Assembly (NCBI GenBank): GCA_977017645.1
Contig: OZ360229.1
Location: 111,910,001-111,974,000 of the forward strand
DNA from: Torpedo marmorata
Taxonomy: Eukaryota
Reading direction: 5' to 3'
DNA length: 64,000 nt
In this document: positions 51,129-64,000 of the stretch, piece after piece
How the letters are laid out: the number at the start of each line of letters is the position of its first letter
How positions within the stretch are numbered: the stretch's first letter is position 1
Position numbers and translations under genes: made by a program
Notes under the pieces: generated by a model
Told to the model about the DNA's origin: nothing
Seen by the model: the letters and a program-made list of their open reading frames with translations, nothing else
The model's database searches: none

Positions 51129-52175
51129 AAGAATGAAAGATAAGTTTAATGTATTGAACAATACACTTTTTGCTTATTATCAAATTAGAGCATTTTTAGT
51201 TGGAAAGTTAGGTTTTAGTTTGACTTTACCAAGACAGAGTGAACTAGAATTATTAGTTACTAATGGAGGTATAAATACATTTATTTCTCAAACGTATAGA
51301 TTGTTTCAGAGAAAAATTCCTAAAGTAGGAATTCATAAATCAAGATTAAAATGGGAATTGGATTTGAATGTAACAATAGATGAAGAACATTGGAAAGAAT
51401 TATGTAAACTAAGTATGATGAAGATTATTAACGTTAGATATAGATTAGTCCAATATAATTTCTTTCATCAATTATATTTAACACCTAAAAAATTAAAGAA
51501 ATTTAATTCGACATTATCAGGTTTATGTTTTAGATGTAATAGAGAGGAAGTTTCTTTTGTACATTCTACATGGTTTTGTCCAAAGATATATGATTTTTGG
51601 TTGAAAGTTAAAAACTTTTTAGATAAAGTATTGAGTATTACACTTCCAATGGACCCTATGATATTTTTGTTTGGAGATATTAAAAGAATTAGTATTAAGA
51701 TGAAATTAAATATGTATCAAATAGAATTTTTGCGAATTGCTTTAGCTGTTTCTAAGAAATGCATTGCTATTACTTGAAAATCTGATGTAGATTTAGGGTT
51801 AGAAAGATAGCATGCAGAACTTCGTTCATGTATACCACTTGAAAAAATTACTTATAATTTACATAATAAATATCATTTCTTTTTGAAAATATGGAGCCCA
51901 TATATAAAAACTGTTGGTTTAAGGATATGAAGATCTCTGGATATCAGATCTGACTGGCGAACCTATCTTCCACAATAAAATCAGTTTATAGTTCTTCCTT
52001 TTTAGATTGACATTCTCCTTATTCTATCTTTTTCTTTCTTTCATTCTTTTTATTTTAGTAGATTAGTAGGGGAGGGAGGGGGGGGGTGAAAATGTATCAC
52101 ATGTATTTTGATAATTTTATATTTTATTTTATGTATTTTGTGATTTAAAAATTTTAAATAAAATATTTAAAAAAA
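51129..52175 (+). mobile_element. L1 family A 3' fragment inserted in a degenerate Penelope-like element (about 51065-52835)
   Basis: CFRCNREEVSFVHSTWFC; poly(A); 13-bp TSD AACAAGTTGCCCA at 51116-51128 and 52176-52188. Confidence 0.92.
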
Positions 52176-53223
52176 AACAAGTTGCCCATCCTCATTCTTC
52201 TCCACTGCTGGGGTGAGGCTCAACACAGACTGGACGAAGAACACTCATATCTGCAACTCCATGTTATGAACACTGAATTTTCCAGTGTCTTGCAACACTT
52301 GTTTTCTGTGTTCTTCTCATTCTCTCTGTCTAATCCACCTCAAGACCTCCCATTTTTACTCCTTGTCCCATCACCCAATTTCATCTTCTTCCACCTCCTG
52401 GTCTCATTCACCTGCTCGCCACATATTTCACTCACCAGATCCCTTCCTCTATTTTGATCCATCTACCCTTCACCTCTCCCCTCATTGTTCCCATTATCAC
52501 ATTCCTTACTCAGATTCCAACACGGGTAGCCTTTGTGTTTTTACTTATCACCCTCCAGCAGCTGTCTGCACCTTTATCCTCCCTTCCCCCTGCTTTGTCT
52601 ACTTCCACCTATCACCCCATCATCCTTCACCCCTTCTTGATCCACCTATCACCGACTGGTCCATCTCACCCATCCTCTGTTTATACAAGTTATCTTCCCT
52701 CTCCATTCTCAGTCTTGAAGTAGGTTCTGAACTAAAAATGTCAACAATTCCTTCCCACCCCCATAGATGCTGTTGATCTGCTGTTCCCCAGCAGTTTGTA
52801 TTTTTTCCTGGAGATTCCAGCATCTGCATCCTCTTGTCTCCCAAAAATTTACTGCTGCTCTTCTAAATGTTGCTCCAGCACAGAGTCTGAATCTCAATTC
52901 TCCATACACAAGTTTCGTATGTGCAGGGTTAATATCAAAAAAATCCAGTTACTCCATTTTCATACTGTAATGTTATTTTTTGTCATCAAGGGTGTTTTTT
53001 CACATACATTATTAACATTCTGAACAAGGGTTTTACAGTTAGTTTAATGCATAAATGAGGAGACTCTTTTTAAACAAGGCTTCATGTTAAGCAGTAATGG
53101 CTGAAGAATGGAATATCAGATAAAAAGGTTTTCTGCAAGATTGAACCTTCCAAAAACATAATATTGGACAGTCATTAGCAAGTACATTGCTTGAAACTTC
53201 CCTTTTTCCGATCATTATGCAAG

Positions 53224-53458
53224 TGCACCAATAGCCTGAATATGACTGGGATTATCTGATCTCAGAAGCTAAGCAGGCACAGGACTGGTCAGTACTTGGA
53301 GGGGAGACCCCTAAGGAACACCAGGTGCTGTAGGTATCTGTGAGGGGCGCTGGACAAAATAGCGACCCTCTGTCTGCCTTACGGTAGACAAAAATTAAAG
53401 AATTTCATGTATGTTACATTCTAAATTTAGTATTACGTGACAATAATGGAACCTTTAC
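53224..53458 (+). mobile_element. 5S rRNA-derived SINE (SINE3), second copy
   Basis: Collinear and highly similar to 3298-3520, with a short extra segment in the body. Confidence 0.85.
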
Positions 53459-54589
53459 TAATCAGGGTTACATAGTTGACCTGATGCAAAACATCAACTA
53501 AATAGAAATGGGAATCAATCCTTGAATTTTGTGGGAACACAGCTCTTTCAAACACAAGTTGAAAGAAAATTTTCCCATTTGCACGAAATCAAACAAATAA
53601 ATATTCTAATTTCTAATTACATTACCCCCCCAAAAAAATGTCGTGCCCCTTGATAGCAATGGCTAGTACCTTCATCCAGTGAAGATCTAAGTCAAGGAGG
53701 TTTGATAACCTGTCGTCAGCTAACTTGGTCTGACTCAGCTCTGGTATCAATAGCTCTCCTAACTGCATTTAGAATGGGGCACAAAGATAATTCACAACCA
53801 GCAAATACTAACTGAAGTGAATGAACAAAGTGAATAACATTTGGCTATAATAATCCAGAAGGTGATGAGTGAATAGTTTAGCTGCAATGTCAGATAAAGC
53901 CACGATGAATCACTGCCTTGCAAAGGAGAGAACATCAGCACAGGCAATGGCAATCTTGGAAGATCAAATGTGGAATTTTCGAATTATGCATTATATTGTT
54001 TTGGTAGTTCGAGAATAGCCTGGAGCATTCAACATGTCTTTACACCATATTTGACACAAATAAAAGATTTAAAGTGGACCAACATTATATTCATCGACAA
54101 TATTCTAATTTTTTGACTGAAATTGCTTAACCCAATCTTACAATACAAATTATACTGCAGACACTCAAGCATTAATACATTGATAAATCTCATAACACAT
54201 AAACTGGGATATCCTTAAACAAAGCAACACAAGAATTTTTTGCACTTCTTCAATTACACAAGGTATTACGCATGAAGGTATGGACGAGAGCCAATAGCTC
54301 CCATCATATCTCAGGGATCATCCTGAAGGTCAGACAGCTGCAGATTGGGCTATCTGCTCCTTCACAGGAAATGTCAATTGAATCCAGTGGCTGTATAATA
54401 ACTCACTGAACACAGGGCAGGAATGCTCCAACCCCAAGCTTCATGCCAGGAAGGGACAGAGATTCAATTTCTTTAAATTGAGTTAATTACCCTGTGGATC
54501 AAGTTAAAAGCAGGAAGGTAATGGACTCACTTAACTGAAAGTCTGTGACAGTAAATACAGGATAACACAGATCACTCTGTAACTGAGTT

Positions 54590-55016
54590 AGAACCATAGA
54601 AACATTACAGCACAGAAACAGGCCTCTTCGGCCCTTCTTGTCTGTGCTGAACCATTTTTTTTGCCTAGTCTCACTGATCCGCACCCAGTCCATAGCCCTC
54701 CATACCTCTCCCATCCATGTACCTGTCCAAATTCCTCTTAAATGTTAAAATTGAGCACGCATTCACCACTTCAGCTGGAAGCTCGTTCCACACCGCCACC
54801 ACTCTCTGTGTGAAGAAGTTTCCCCTCATGTTCCCCCTAAACTTTGCGCCTTTCACTCTTAACCCATGTCCTCTGGTTTGTATCTCACCTAGCCTCAGTG
54901 GAAAAAGCCTATCTACATTTACTGTCCATACCCCTCATTCTTCTACGCTCGAGGGAATAAAGTCCTAACCTGTTTAACCTTTCCCTGTAACTCAGTTCCT
55001 GAAGTCTGGGCAACAT
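54590..55016 (-). mobile_element. CR1 LINE 3' end (rest at 62345-63570)
   Basis: GNFFTQRVVAVWNELPAEVV...FKRNLDRYM; GGGCAACAT duplicated at 55008-55016 and 62345-62353. Confidence 0.88.
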
Positions 55017-55456
55017 TCTTTCTTTCCATAAAATCATAGATATAACAGTTCATTCAGTATATCTGTTTACAGAGAAAAAGCAAAGAAAAGCATTATCACA
55101 TGTTCCATTAATCCATCCATAACAGAGTATACATTACAAATATATATCAATTATTTTTCTTTACAATTTAGTATTATAATACCAATAGATATAAAAAGAA
55201 CCAAGCCACAAAAAAAAAACATAGTAATTTCATCGTAATACATTTTTTTATAAAAGCTAAAGCAATCTAAACTAGCCTACCACCTACCCCCACCCCAGAA
55301 TTGCACTGACCTGTAGAGATAACATAACTTCAAAGCATGAGGAATCATAAACTCTGATAATAGTCCATAAAAGAATGCCAAATATTAGTAAATTTTAGGT
55401 TTAATTCAATTATTGAACATTTAATTTTTTCTAATGTTAAATAGGACATTAAACTT
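55017..55456 (-). mobile_element. L1 family B 3' end (rest at 61891-62340)
   Basis: Homologous to 29730-30165; TAGGACATTAAACTT duplicated at 55442-55456 and 61891-61905. Confidence 0.88.
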
Positions 55457-55479
55457 TTTAAAAAAAATATTTTATTTTC

Positions 55480-58400
55480 GAAACGAAGGATATAAATTTT
55501 CATTTAAATATCCTGCGATATCGAAGGTACAGTCTGGAGAGAATCAGTAATCTTTTCTTATGACCATCAAGAAGCTTTGAAGTATGCTAATTCACTTCTA
55601 AATTAAAAGATCAAGATTTGATTGGGCAATCTCAAATTATTATGGAACCGACTCTAGACTTGTTTCAATTAAGAGAGACATTTCAAGTAACTTCAGGACA
55701 AGAAGATGTAGTCGAAATAGAGGATGAACAAGTTAACAGAGATCTTGAAAATGCTAAACTGGGATGAAGAAACGATAATAAATGTTATGTAAAATCTGTT
55801 TGGGGGTGAACTTTTTGTCTTCTCCGCATCTAACCACACATCACCTTAGTGGTGAGGGCCACTTCCCGAACAGTAGAGGGTGGTAGTACCGGTATAAATA
55901 TACCAGTATTATTATTATATATTTTTTTCTCTTTTTTTTCTTTTTTTAAATATAGTGGGTTTTTAAACCTTTCTTCTATTTCTTTCTTTTTTAAGGACAT
56001 GTCAAATATATTACAAATGTGGAAGGGGGAACCAGTCGGTCAGATAGAAAGAGACTTATTAAATATTAGAAATGGCAGATAGTAAATCAATAAATGTGGT
56101 AAGTATTAATATAAATGGGCTAAATAATCCAATTAAATGGAAGAAAACTTTAGCATATATTAAAAAGTTAAAAGTTGATATAGCTTTTTTTACAAGAGAC
56201 ACATTTGACAGAAATAGAACATCAGAAGTTGAAAAGAGAATGGGTTGGTCTTCATTTAATTCTAAAGCAAAAGGAGTTGCTATATTAATTAATAAAAAGT
56301 TACCTTTTAAAATACAATATGTGGTTATAGATGTTGCAGGAAGATTTGTCTTAATAAATTGTCAAATATATTCAGAAATGTGGACACTTATGAATATATA
56401 TGTGACAAATATGGAAGATTAATAATTTATTCAAGACTCTTTTATGCATTTGTCAGAAGTAAATGATAATATATTAATTGGTGGAGATTTTAATTGTTGT
56501 TTAGATCCAATAATGGATAAAACATCAAAATCAATTATTAGAACTAAAACTGCAAAAATAATTCTTACTTTGATGAAAGATTTGAATTTATTAGATATTT
56601 GGAGGAAGTTGAATCCAAAAGAAAAAGACTATTCTTTTTATTCTTTTAGACATGATTCTTATTCTAGAATAGACATGTTTTTATTGTCATCACAATTAGA
56701 AGAGAGGGTGACTCAAACACAATATAAAGCTAGAATAACTTCTGATCATTCACCTCTTTTAATGTCATGTGTAATTACATAAAAAGAAAAAATGATATAT
56801 AGATGGAGATTTAATTCTCCCTTATTGAAAATAATGGATTTTTGTAATTGTATAAGAGAAATTCAAGAATTTTTACAGATTAACTCTAATTCGAGTAATA
56901 ATAAATTTATTATTTGGGAAGCTTTAAAGACTTATTTAAGAGGTCAAATAATAAGTTATTCAGCAAAGGTTAAGAAGGAATATATTCGGGGATTGGATAA
57001 TCTGGAGAGGGAGATTGAGTTTTTGGAGAAAGATTTGCAAGAAAAGGGAACAGAAATAAAGAGAAAAAATTTAATTAAGAAAAGATTGCATTATAATACG
57101 TTACAAACATATAAAATGGAAAAATTAATTGAAAGAACTAAGCAAAGATATTACGAACTGGGAGAAAGAGCTCATAAAGTGTTAGCGTGTCAACTAAAGA
57201 AAGAACAAATTTCTAGAATTATGTGCTATAAAAAAGAATTCAAAGAAAATAACATATAATCCTCGAGAAATAAATGATTCATTTAAGGAATTTTATTTAA
57301 ATTTATATGTCTCAAACTGATAAAGATGAATCTAAAATTAATGAATTTTTATCTAAAATCAAGTTACCTTGATTAAATACCCAAAGTAAAAAATGTTTAG
57401 ACGCATCATTTACGATGAGAGAAGTTAACGATGCTCTTAGTTCTTTAACAAGTGGAAAGTCTCTGGGGGAGGATGGTTTCCCTTCAGAATTTTATAAGGA
57501 ATTTAAAGATTTGGTGATACCTCCATATATGGAGGTGTTAATCAAATAATGCAATAATAACAGATATATCTAAAAAGGATAGAGATTTGTTGAAAACAGA
57601 ATAATATAGACCAATCTCATTGATAAAAGTGGATTATAAAATAATGGCGAAAATTTTAGCAAATAGAGTGGCAAGATATTTACCAGATTTAATACATGCA
57701 GATCAAGTGGGTTTTATTAAGAATAGATATTCAAAGGATAATATTGCCAGATTGATTAGTTTAATAAATGTGGCACGAAAGCAAGAGGAATTAGCACTAG
57801 TATTAACATTAGATGCCAAAAAGGCTTTTGATAGATTAGAATGGAATTATTTATTTAAAGTGATAGAAAAATTTGGTTTTGGAACTACATTTATTAGTTG
57901 GATTAAAACTATATATAAAGAACCCTCTGCCAGGGTAGTGACAAATGGACAAATTTCTTCAAAATTTTTGTTGACTAGGTCAACTAGACAAGGATGTCCT
58001 TTATTGCCAGCATTATTTTAGCAATAGAACCTTTAGCAGAATTAATTAGACAAGATATTATGATTGTAGGTATTAAAGTTGGAAAAGAAGAACATAAAAT
58101 TAGTTTATTTGCAGATGATGTATTGATTTATATGACAAAACCTATTAATTCTTTAACACAATTGACTGTTTTATTGAGAGAATATGGGGAAATATCTGGT
58201 TATAAGATTAATTCTGATAAAAGTGAAATTATGCCATTGACACAAGGAGACTATAATAAATGTAAAGAAATTACACAATTTAAATGGTCAAATAATGGAA
58301 TTAAATATTTGGGAATAAAAATAGATACAAAATTAGGTAATTTATATAAATTAAATTATTTACCTTTATTTACTAATATTAAAATGATTTAGAGAGTTGG

Positions 58401-60060
58401 AAGAATTTACCTATAACTTTAATGGCAAGGGTAAATTGTATTAAAATGAATGTTTTTCCAAGAATTCAATACCTTTTTGAATCAATTCCTTATGAAATTC
58501 CTCAAAAATTCTTTAAGGATTTAAATTTAATTATGAGGAAATTTTTGTGGAAGGGAAAGTTGGCCAGTGTAAGGAATGGAGAAATTAACTTGGAATTATG
58601 AAATGGGAGGTTTACAACTTCCCAATTTTCAAAATTATTATAAGGCAGCTCAATTAAAATTCAAAAAATTAAATGTTTGATTTAGAAAAATCTTCTGCTT
58701 TGATTAGAATAGAATTAAATAATATAGGAGAGGATTCAAAAGAAGAAGTTATTATAAATGGAATTCTAAATTATTATTAAGGGGAGGAAAAAATTCTCCT
58801 ATTTTAAAACATTTGTTAGAAATATGCAATAAAGGGCATCGGGAGATAGGAGGGAAAGGGTTAATTTATTGTAAAATGCCTTTATACCAAAATAAACGTA
58901 TCCCATTTACTATTGATAATCAATTGTTTAAAATTTTGTTTCAAAAAGGGATTAAAAAAGTAAATGATTGTTTTGAAGCTAGTAAATTTATCACTTTTCA
59001 AAGAATGAAAGAGAAGTTTAATATATTAAATAATACACTTTTTGCTTATTATCAAATAAGAACATTTTTAGTTGAAAAGTTAGGTCATAGTTTAATTTTA
59101 CCAAGACAAAGTGAATTGGAATCATTAGTTACTAATGGGGGTATAAATAAATTTATTTCTCAAATGTATAGATGGTTACAGAAAAAAATGCCTAAACCAG
59201 AAATTCATAAACCAAGATTAAAATGGGAATCAGATTTGAATGTAATAACAAGATGAAGAACATTGGAAAGAAATATGTAAACAAAGTATGACAAAAATGA
59301 TTAATGTTAGATATAGGTTAGTTCAATACAACCTTTTGCATCAATTATATTTAACGCCAAAGAAACTAAAGAAATTTAATTCGAGACTATCAGATTTATG
59401 TTTTAGATGTAATAGAGAAAAAGGCTCCTTTCTACATTCTATGTGTCCAAGGATACATGCTTTTTGGTTGAAAGTTAAAAAGTTTTTAGACAAAGTATTA
59501 AGAATTATACTCCCAATGAATCCTATGATATATTTGTTTGGAGATATTAAAAGAATTAGTATTAAAATGAGATTAAATAATTATGAAATATATTTTTTTG
59601 CGAATTGCTTTAGCTGTTTCAAAGAAATGCATTGCTATTACATGGAAATCTGATGTAGATTTAGGGTTAGAAAGATGGCATTCAGAACTTCGTTCAGCTA
59701 TACCACGAAAAATTACTTATAATTTATGTAATAAATACCATTTATTTTTGAAAATATGGAGCCCATATATAAAAACTGTTGGTTTAAGGATTTGAAGATC
59801 TCAGCATATCAGATCTGACTGGCAAACTTTTGTTCCACAATAAAATTAGCTTATAGTTGTTCTTTTTTAGATTGACGTTCTCCTTACTTTATCTTTTTCT
59901 TTCTTTCTTTCTACTTTATTAGAATAGTAGGGGTGGGAGGGTTAGGGAGGGGAGGGAGGGAGGGGGGGGTGAAAATATATCACATGCATTTTGATAATTT
60001 TGCATTTTATAATATGCATTATCGAGTGATTTAAAATGTTAAATAAAATATTTAAAAGAA
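55480..60060 (+). mobile_element. L1 family A, long decayed copy: ORF1 3' end, spacer, whole ORF2 (56072-59795), 3' UTR
   Basis: ININGLN, GGDFN, YSRIDMFL, SDHSPL (APE); LDAKKAFDRLEW, TRQGCPL, LFADDVL (RT); CFRC...H; many frameshifts and stops. Confidence 0.93.
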
Positions 60061-60455
60061 ACATGGCATGCAGAACTTCGTTCATGTATACCACTTGAAA
60101 AAAATACTTATAATTTACGTAATAAATATCATTTCTTTTTGAAAATATGGAGCCCATATATAAAGACTGTGGGTTTAAGGATTTGAGGATCTCTCGATAT
60201 CAGGTCTGGCTGGTGAACCTGTGTTCCACAATAAAATTAATGTATAGTTGTTTTTTTGTTTGTTTTTTTAAGATTGACATTCTCCAAATACTATTCTTTA
60301 TTTTCTTTCTTTCTATATTATTAGAGTAGTAGGGGTGGGTGGGTTAGGGAGGGGGAAAGGGGGGGAGGGTGAAAATATTTCACATGTATTCTGATAATTT
60401 TGTATTTTATAAACATGTATTATTGTGTGATTTAAAATTTAAAATAAAATATATA
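60061..60455 (+). mobile_element. Additional L1 family A 3'-terminal fragment in tandem
   Basis: Repeats the last ~390 bp (from TGGCATGCAGAACTTCGTTCATG) with substitutions relative to 59676-60060. Confidence 0.85.
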
Positions 60456-60477
60456 TATATATTTTTATTTTATTTTC

Positions 60478-61890
60478 ATTTTTAACAAATAATAAAACAA
60501 AATACTTCAAAAACAGATATCACATTATATAGTAATACAATAAAAGTAACATATATAATAATAAAAACCCAATTACCCCAAACCTCACCGCCAAAGAAAA
60601 AAAAAACTATACAAAACAAATGGTCGACAATGTTTACTAATTTCAAATACATAAAAGAAAGAAAAACTCCAAGGCTTCCCGGCAACAGGGCTTATCGCGT
60701 GAAGGAACCCAAAACAAATTAATAGCAAATCTTCTTTGATTTAATTTATCCTGACCCCAAATAATCTAAATAAGGTTGCCAAATTTTATAAAAAATTACC
60801 TGTTTGTTTTTAATGTTATATGTAATTTTCTCCAATGGAATACAACTATTTATTCTGAGGTCCATCTATCAATAGACAATGGGGAATCTGACTTCCAAGT
60901 AGTCATTAAACACTTTCTAGCCAAAAAAAAAAGCTATTCCCAAAAATATAATTTGATACCTGGTTAGGGTGTCCCTAATAGAAGTAACATTTCCCAAAAG
61001 GCATATCTCTGTAACTCCAATAACTTTAGATAAGATGTCACAGAGATTTTGCCAAAATTGTCTCAACTTACAGCACATCCATGTTGAATGTAAAAAAGAG
61101 CCAACCTCCGTTCCACATCTAAAACACATCTCTGATAAATCTGGTTTAAATTTATATAATTTCTGTGGAGTCAAATATAATTGATGAAGAAAATTTTAGG
61201 AGACCATTCTATAATGTACATTTATAGTAATTAACATACTATTCTGACACAAATTCTGACCATTATTCTTCATCAATTACTATACCTCAGTCTGATTCCC
61301 ATCTTATTCTGGATTTATTATGTCCCAATTTAGGCTCCTGATCTTGTAACAATAAATACATTCTCAAAATAAATTTATACGTATTTCCTTCTTGAAGTAT
61401 TTTTTCCGCATCTGTCAATGAGGGTAGGACCATATCAGGTCCTAAAGTATTCCTAAGATATGAACGTAACTGAAAATAGCAAAAAAAGTTCTATTAGGTA
61501 AATTATACCTCTCTTTCAGTCCTTCAAAAGACATAAGAAGTCCATTTTCATAAGTCTTCTATATATCTAATTCCTTTACTATTCCAAATTTCCATTGCTC
61601 TATTATTAAGAGTCATAGGTATAAGTTCATTCTTTCTTAAGAATGTTTCAGGTGACACTGTCTTTTTGATTCCCAAACCTTCATGGGTATCCCCCCAAAT
61701 CTTAAGCAAATGTTTTAAAATTGGATTATCAATTCTTTTAGTTATAGTTTTATAATTCCATTTATATATAAAATCACTATAAACTTCTTTAAGGGATACA
61801 GACCAAGTTGTATCCAAGATGGTGTATTAACCCCTTCAAAAAAAGATATAATAAATAGCATCTACGCAGCTAAATAATAGTTTCTAAAAT
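60478..61890 (-). mobile_element. L1-clade LINE family C, 3' fragment
   Basis: FRNYYLA at the 5' end; TPQKLYKFKPDLSEMCFRCGTEVGSFLHSTWMC; 3' UTR differs from families A and B. Confidence 0.85.
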
Positions 61891-62340
61891 TAGGACATTA
61901 AACTTGATAGCCAAACTTCATAGATAGGAGAAATACCACCCTTCCATTTTAGCAAGATCTGTCGCCTTGCAACCAGAGAAGAAAAAGCAATCACATGTTT
62001 TTGATTTTTAGTAAGATCATGATTACTAGGATTATTTATACCAAATATTGCTATAAATGGATTTGGATCTAATTGAGTAGCTAAAACCAAAGAAAGGGTG
62101 CAAAACATTTTGTTCCAACATCTAACTAACTTTGGGCACAACCAAAACATGTGAAATAATGTACCTTCATGAACATTACATCTATCACACATAGATGATA
62201 TATCTGATGAAAATTTAGCCAGTAAAGATTTTGAGTAATGAGCTCTGTGAACTACTTTGAATTGAATTAAATTATGTCTTGCACATAATGAAGAGGTATG
62301 GATACGGTCCAAAATATTGGACCACACTGAAGGTGAAAAA
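61891..62340 (-). mobile_element. L1 family B, continuation of 55017-55456
   Basis: WSNILDRIHTSSLCARHNLIQFKVVHRAHYSK, nearly identical to the ORF at 30219-30584. Confidence 0.9.
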
Positions 62341-62344
62341 GCTA

Positions 62345-63570
62345 GGGCAACATCCCGGTAAATCTTCTCTGCACTCTTTCTATCTTATTGATATCTTTCC
62401 TGTAGTTAGGTGTCCAAAACTGCACACAATGCTCCAAATTTGGCCTCACCAATGTCTTATACAACTTTAACATAACATCCCAAATCCTATACTCAATACT
62501 TTGATTTATGAAGGCCAATATGCCAATTGCTCTCTTTACAACCCTGTGACGCCACTTTCAGGGAATTATGTACAGGTATCTGAATTCCCAGATCCCTCTG
62601 TTCTACCGCACTCCTCAGTGCCCTATTTACCGTGTATGTTCTTTCTTGGTTTGTCCTTCCAAAAAGCAACACCTCACATTTGTCTGCATTAAATTCCATC
62701 TGCCATTTTTCAGCCCAGTTTTCCAACCGGTCCAGATCCCTCTGCAAGCTTTGAAAACTTTCTTCGCTGTCCACAACACCCCCAATCTTAGTGTCAACTG
62801 CAAACTTGCTGATCCAATTTACCACATTATCACCCAGATCATTGATATGGATGACAAACAACAATGGTCCCAGCACTAATCACAAGCCTCCAGTCTGAGA
62901 AGCAATCATCCACCACTACTCTCTGGCTTCTTCCGTCCAGCCATCGTCGATTTCAGTTCACTACTTCACCATGAATACCTAGCGTCTGAACCTTCCTGAC
63001 TAACCTCCCATGCGGGACCTTGTCAAAGGCCTTACTAAAGTCCATGTAGACAACATCCACAGCCTTTCCTTTGTCAACTTTCCTGGTAACCTCCTCTAAA
63101 AACTCTATAAGATTGGTTAAACACGACATACCAATCACAAAGCCATGTTGACTAGTCCTAACCAGTCCCTGGCTATCCAAATAATTATATATCCAATCTC
63201 TTAGAACACCTTCCAATAATTTACCTACTACTGACATCAGGCTCACCATCCTATAATTTCCAGGGTTACTTTTGGAGCCTTTTTTAAACAATGGAACAAT
63301 ATGAGCTACCCTTCAATCCTCTGGCACCACACCCGTGGCTAAGGACATTTTAAATATTTCTGCCAGAACCTTGCAATTTCTACACTAGCCTCCCTCAAGG
63401 TCCGAGGTAATATCTTGTCAGGCCCTGGGGATTTATCCACCCTTATTTGCTTTAAGACTGCAAGCACTTCCTCCTCTTTAATCTGTATAGGTTCCATGAC
63501 CTCACTGCTTGTTTTCCTTACTTCCCACGACTCTGTGCCCTTTTCCTGAGTGAATATTGATGAAAAAAAC
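62345..63570 (-). mobile_element. CR1 LINE RT region
   Basis: DKSPGPDKI; NPGNYRMVSL; SQHGF; YMDFSKAFDKVPH; LGPLLFVIHINDL; EQRDLGI. Confidence 0.92.
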
Positions 63571-64000
63571 TGATGAAAGTTATTATGTGCCAGATCTTTA
63601 AATGTTAATTTGCTCATATTTTCATGATTTATTTTTGTATTTTGTAATCATTTTCATGACAAAAGTCATTTTAAATATTTTCCGGAGGAATCCACAGAAA
63701 TTGAGGAAGATTTTGACAGCTATCAGAGTCCTCAGGGTGTTAGGGATGGTTGTGACCTTGAGACACACTGTGCAAGGCTAACTTGCCAGTCACAGCCAGC
63801 TGTTCTTTGCTTAATCTCTGTAGGCTGTAGGAGTTCAGCTGGTTATCAGGGGCAGGGTTATGGTAGGATTGGTTCAAAGGCAGGTGCTTGATCATTGGTG
63901 TGGACTCGAAAGGCTGAAGAGTCCATTTCTGTGCAGCACGACTTTATGATTGAGGGTTGTTCAGGATCAAATTAGGTCACTTGCACACCAAAACCCTCTC

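Overview
Repeat-dominated vertebrate DNA, most likely from a cartilaginous fish (inferred from the mix of V-domain tRNA SINEs, CR1, Rex1/Babar, Penelope-like and AT-rich L1-clade elements). I recognise no host protein-coding gene; every interpretable ORF is transposon-derived. The main structure is a near-identical 11,276-bp tandem duplication (21494-32769 = 34491-45766, constant offset 12,997). Its copies are separated by a 1.72-kb, 5'-truncated, poly(A)-tailed L1 fragment with an open ORF, inserted at a TT/AA site, so the duplication looks like an 11-kb target-site duplication made by retrotransposition. Also present: a four-level nested LINE stack (54.6-63.6 kb), a 5S rRNA-derived SINE with a Rex1/Babar-like tail, Penelope-like ends with minimal hammerhead-like motifs, four MITEs, a truncated Gypsy element and a solo LTR. 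Family assignments come from motif recognition by eye, not database searches.
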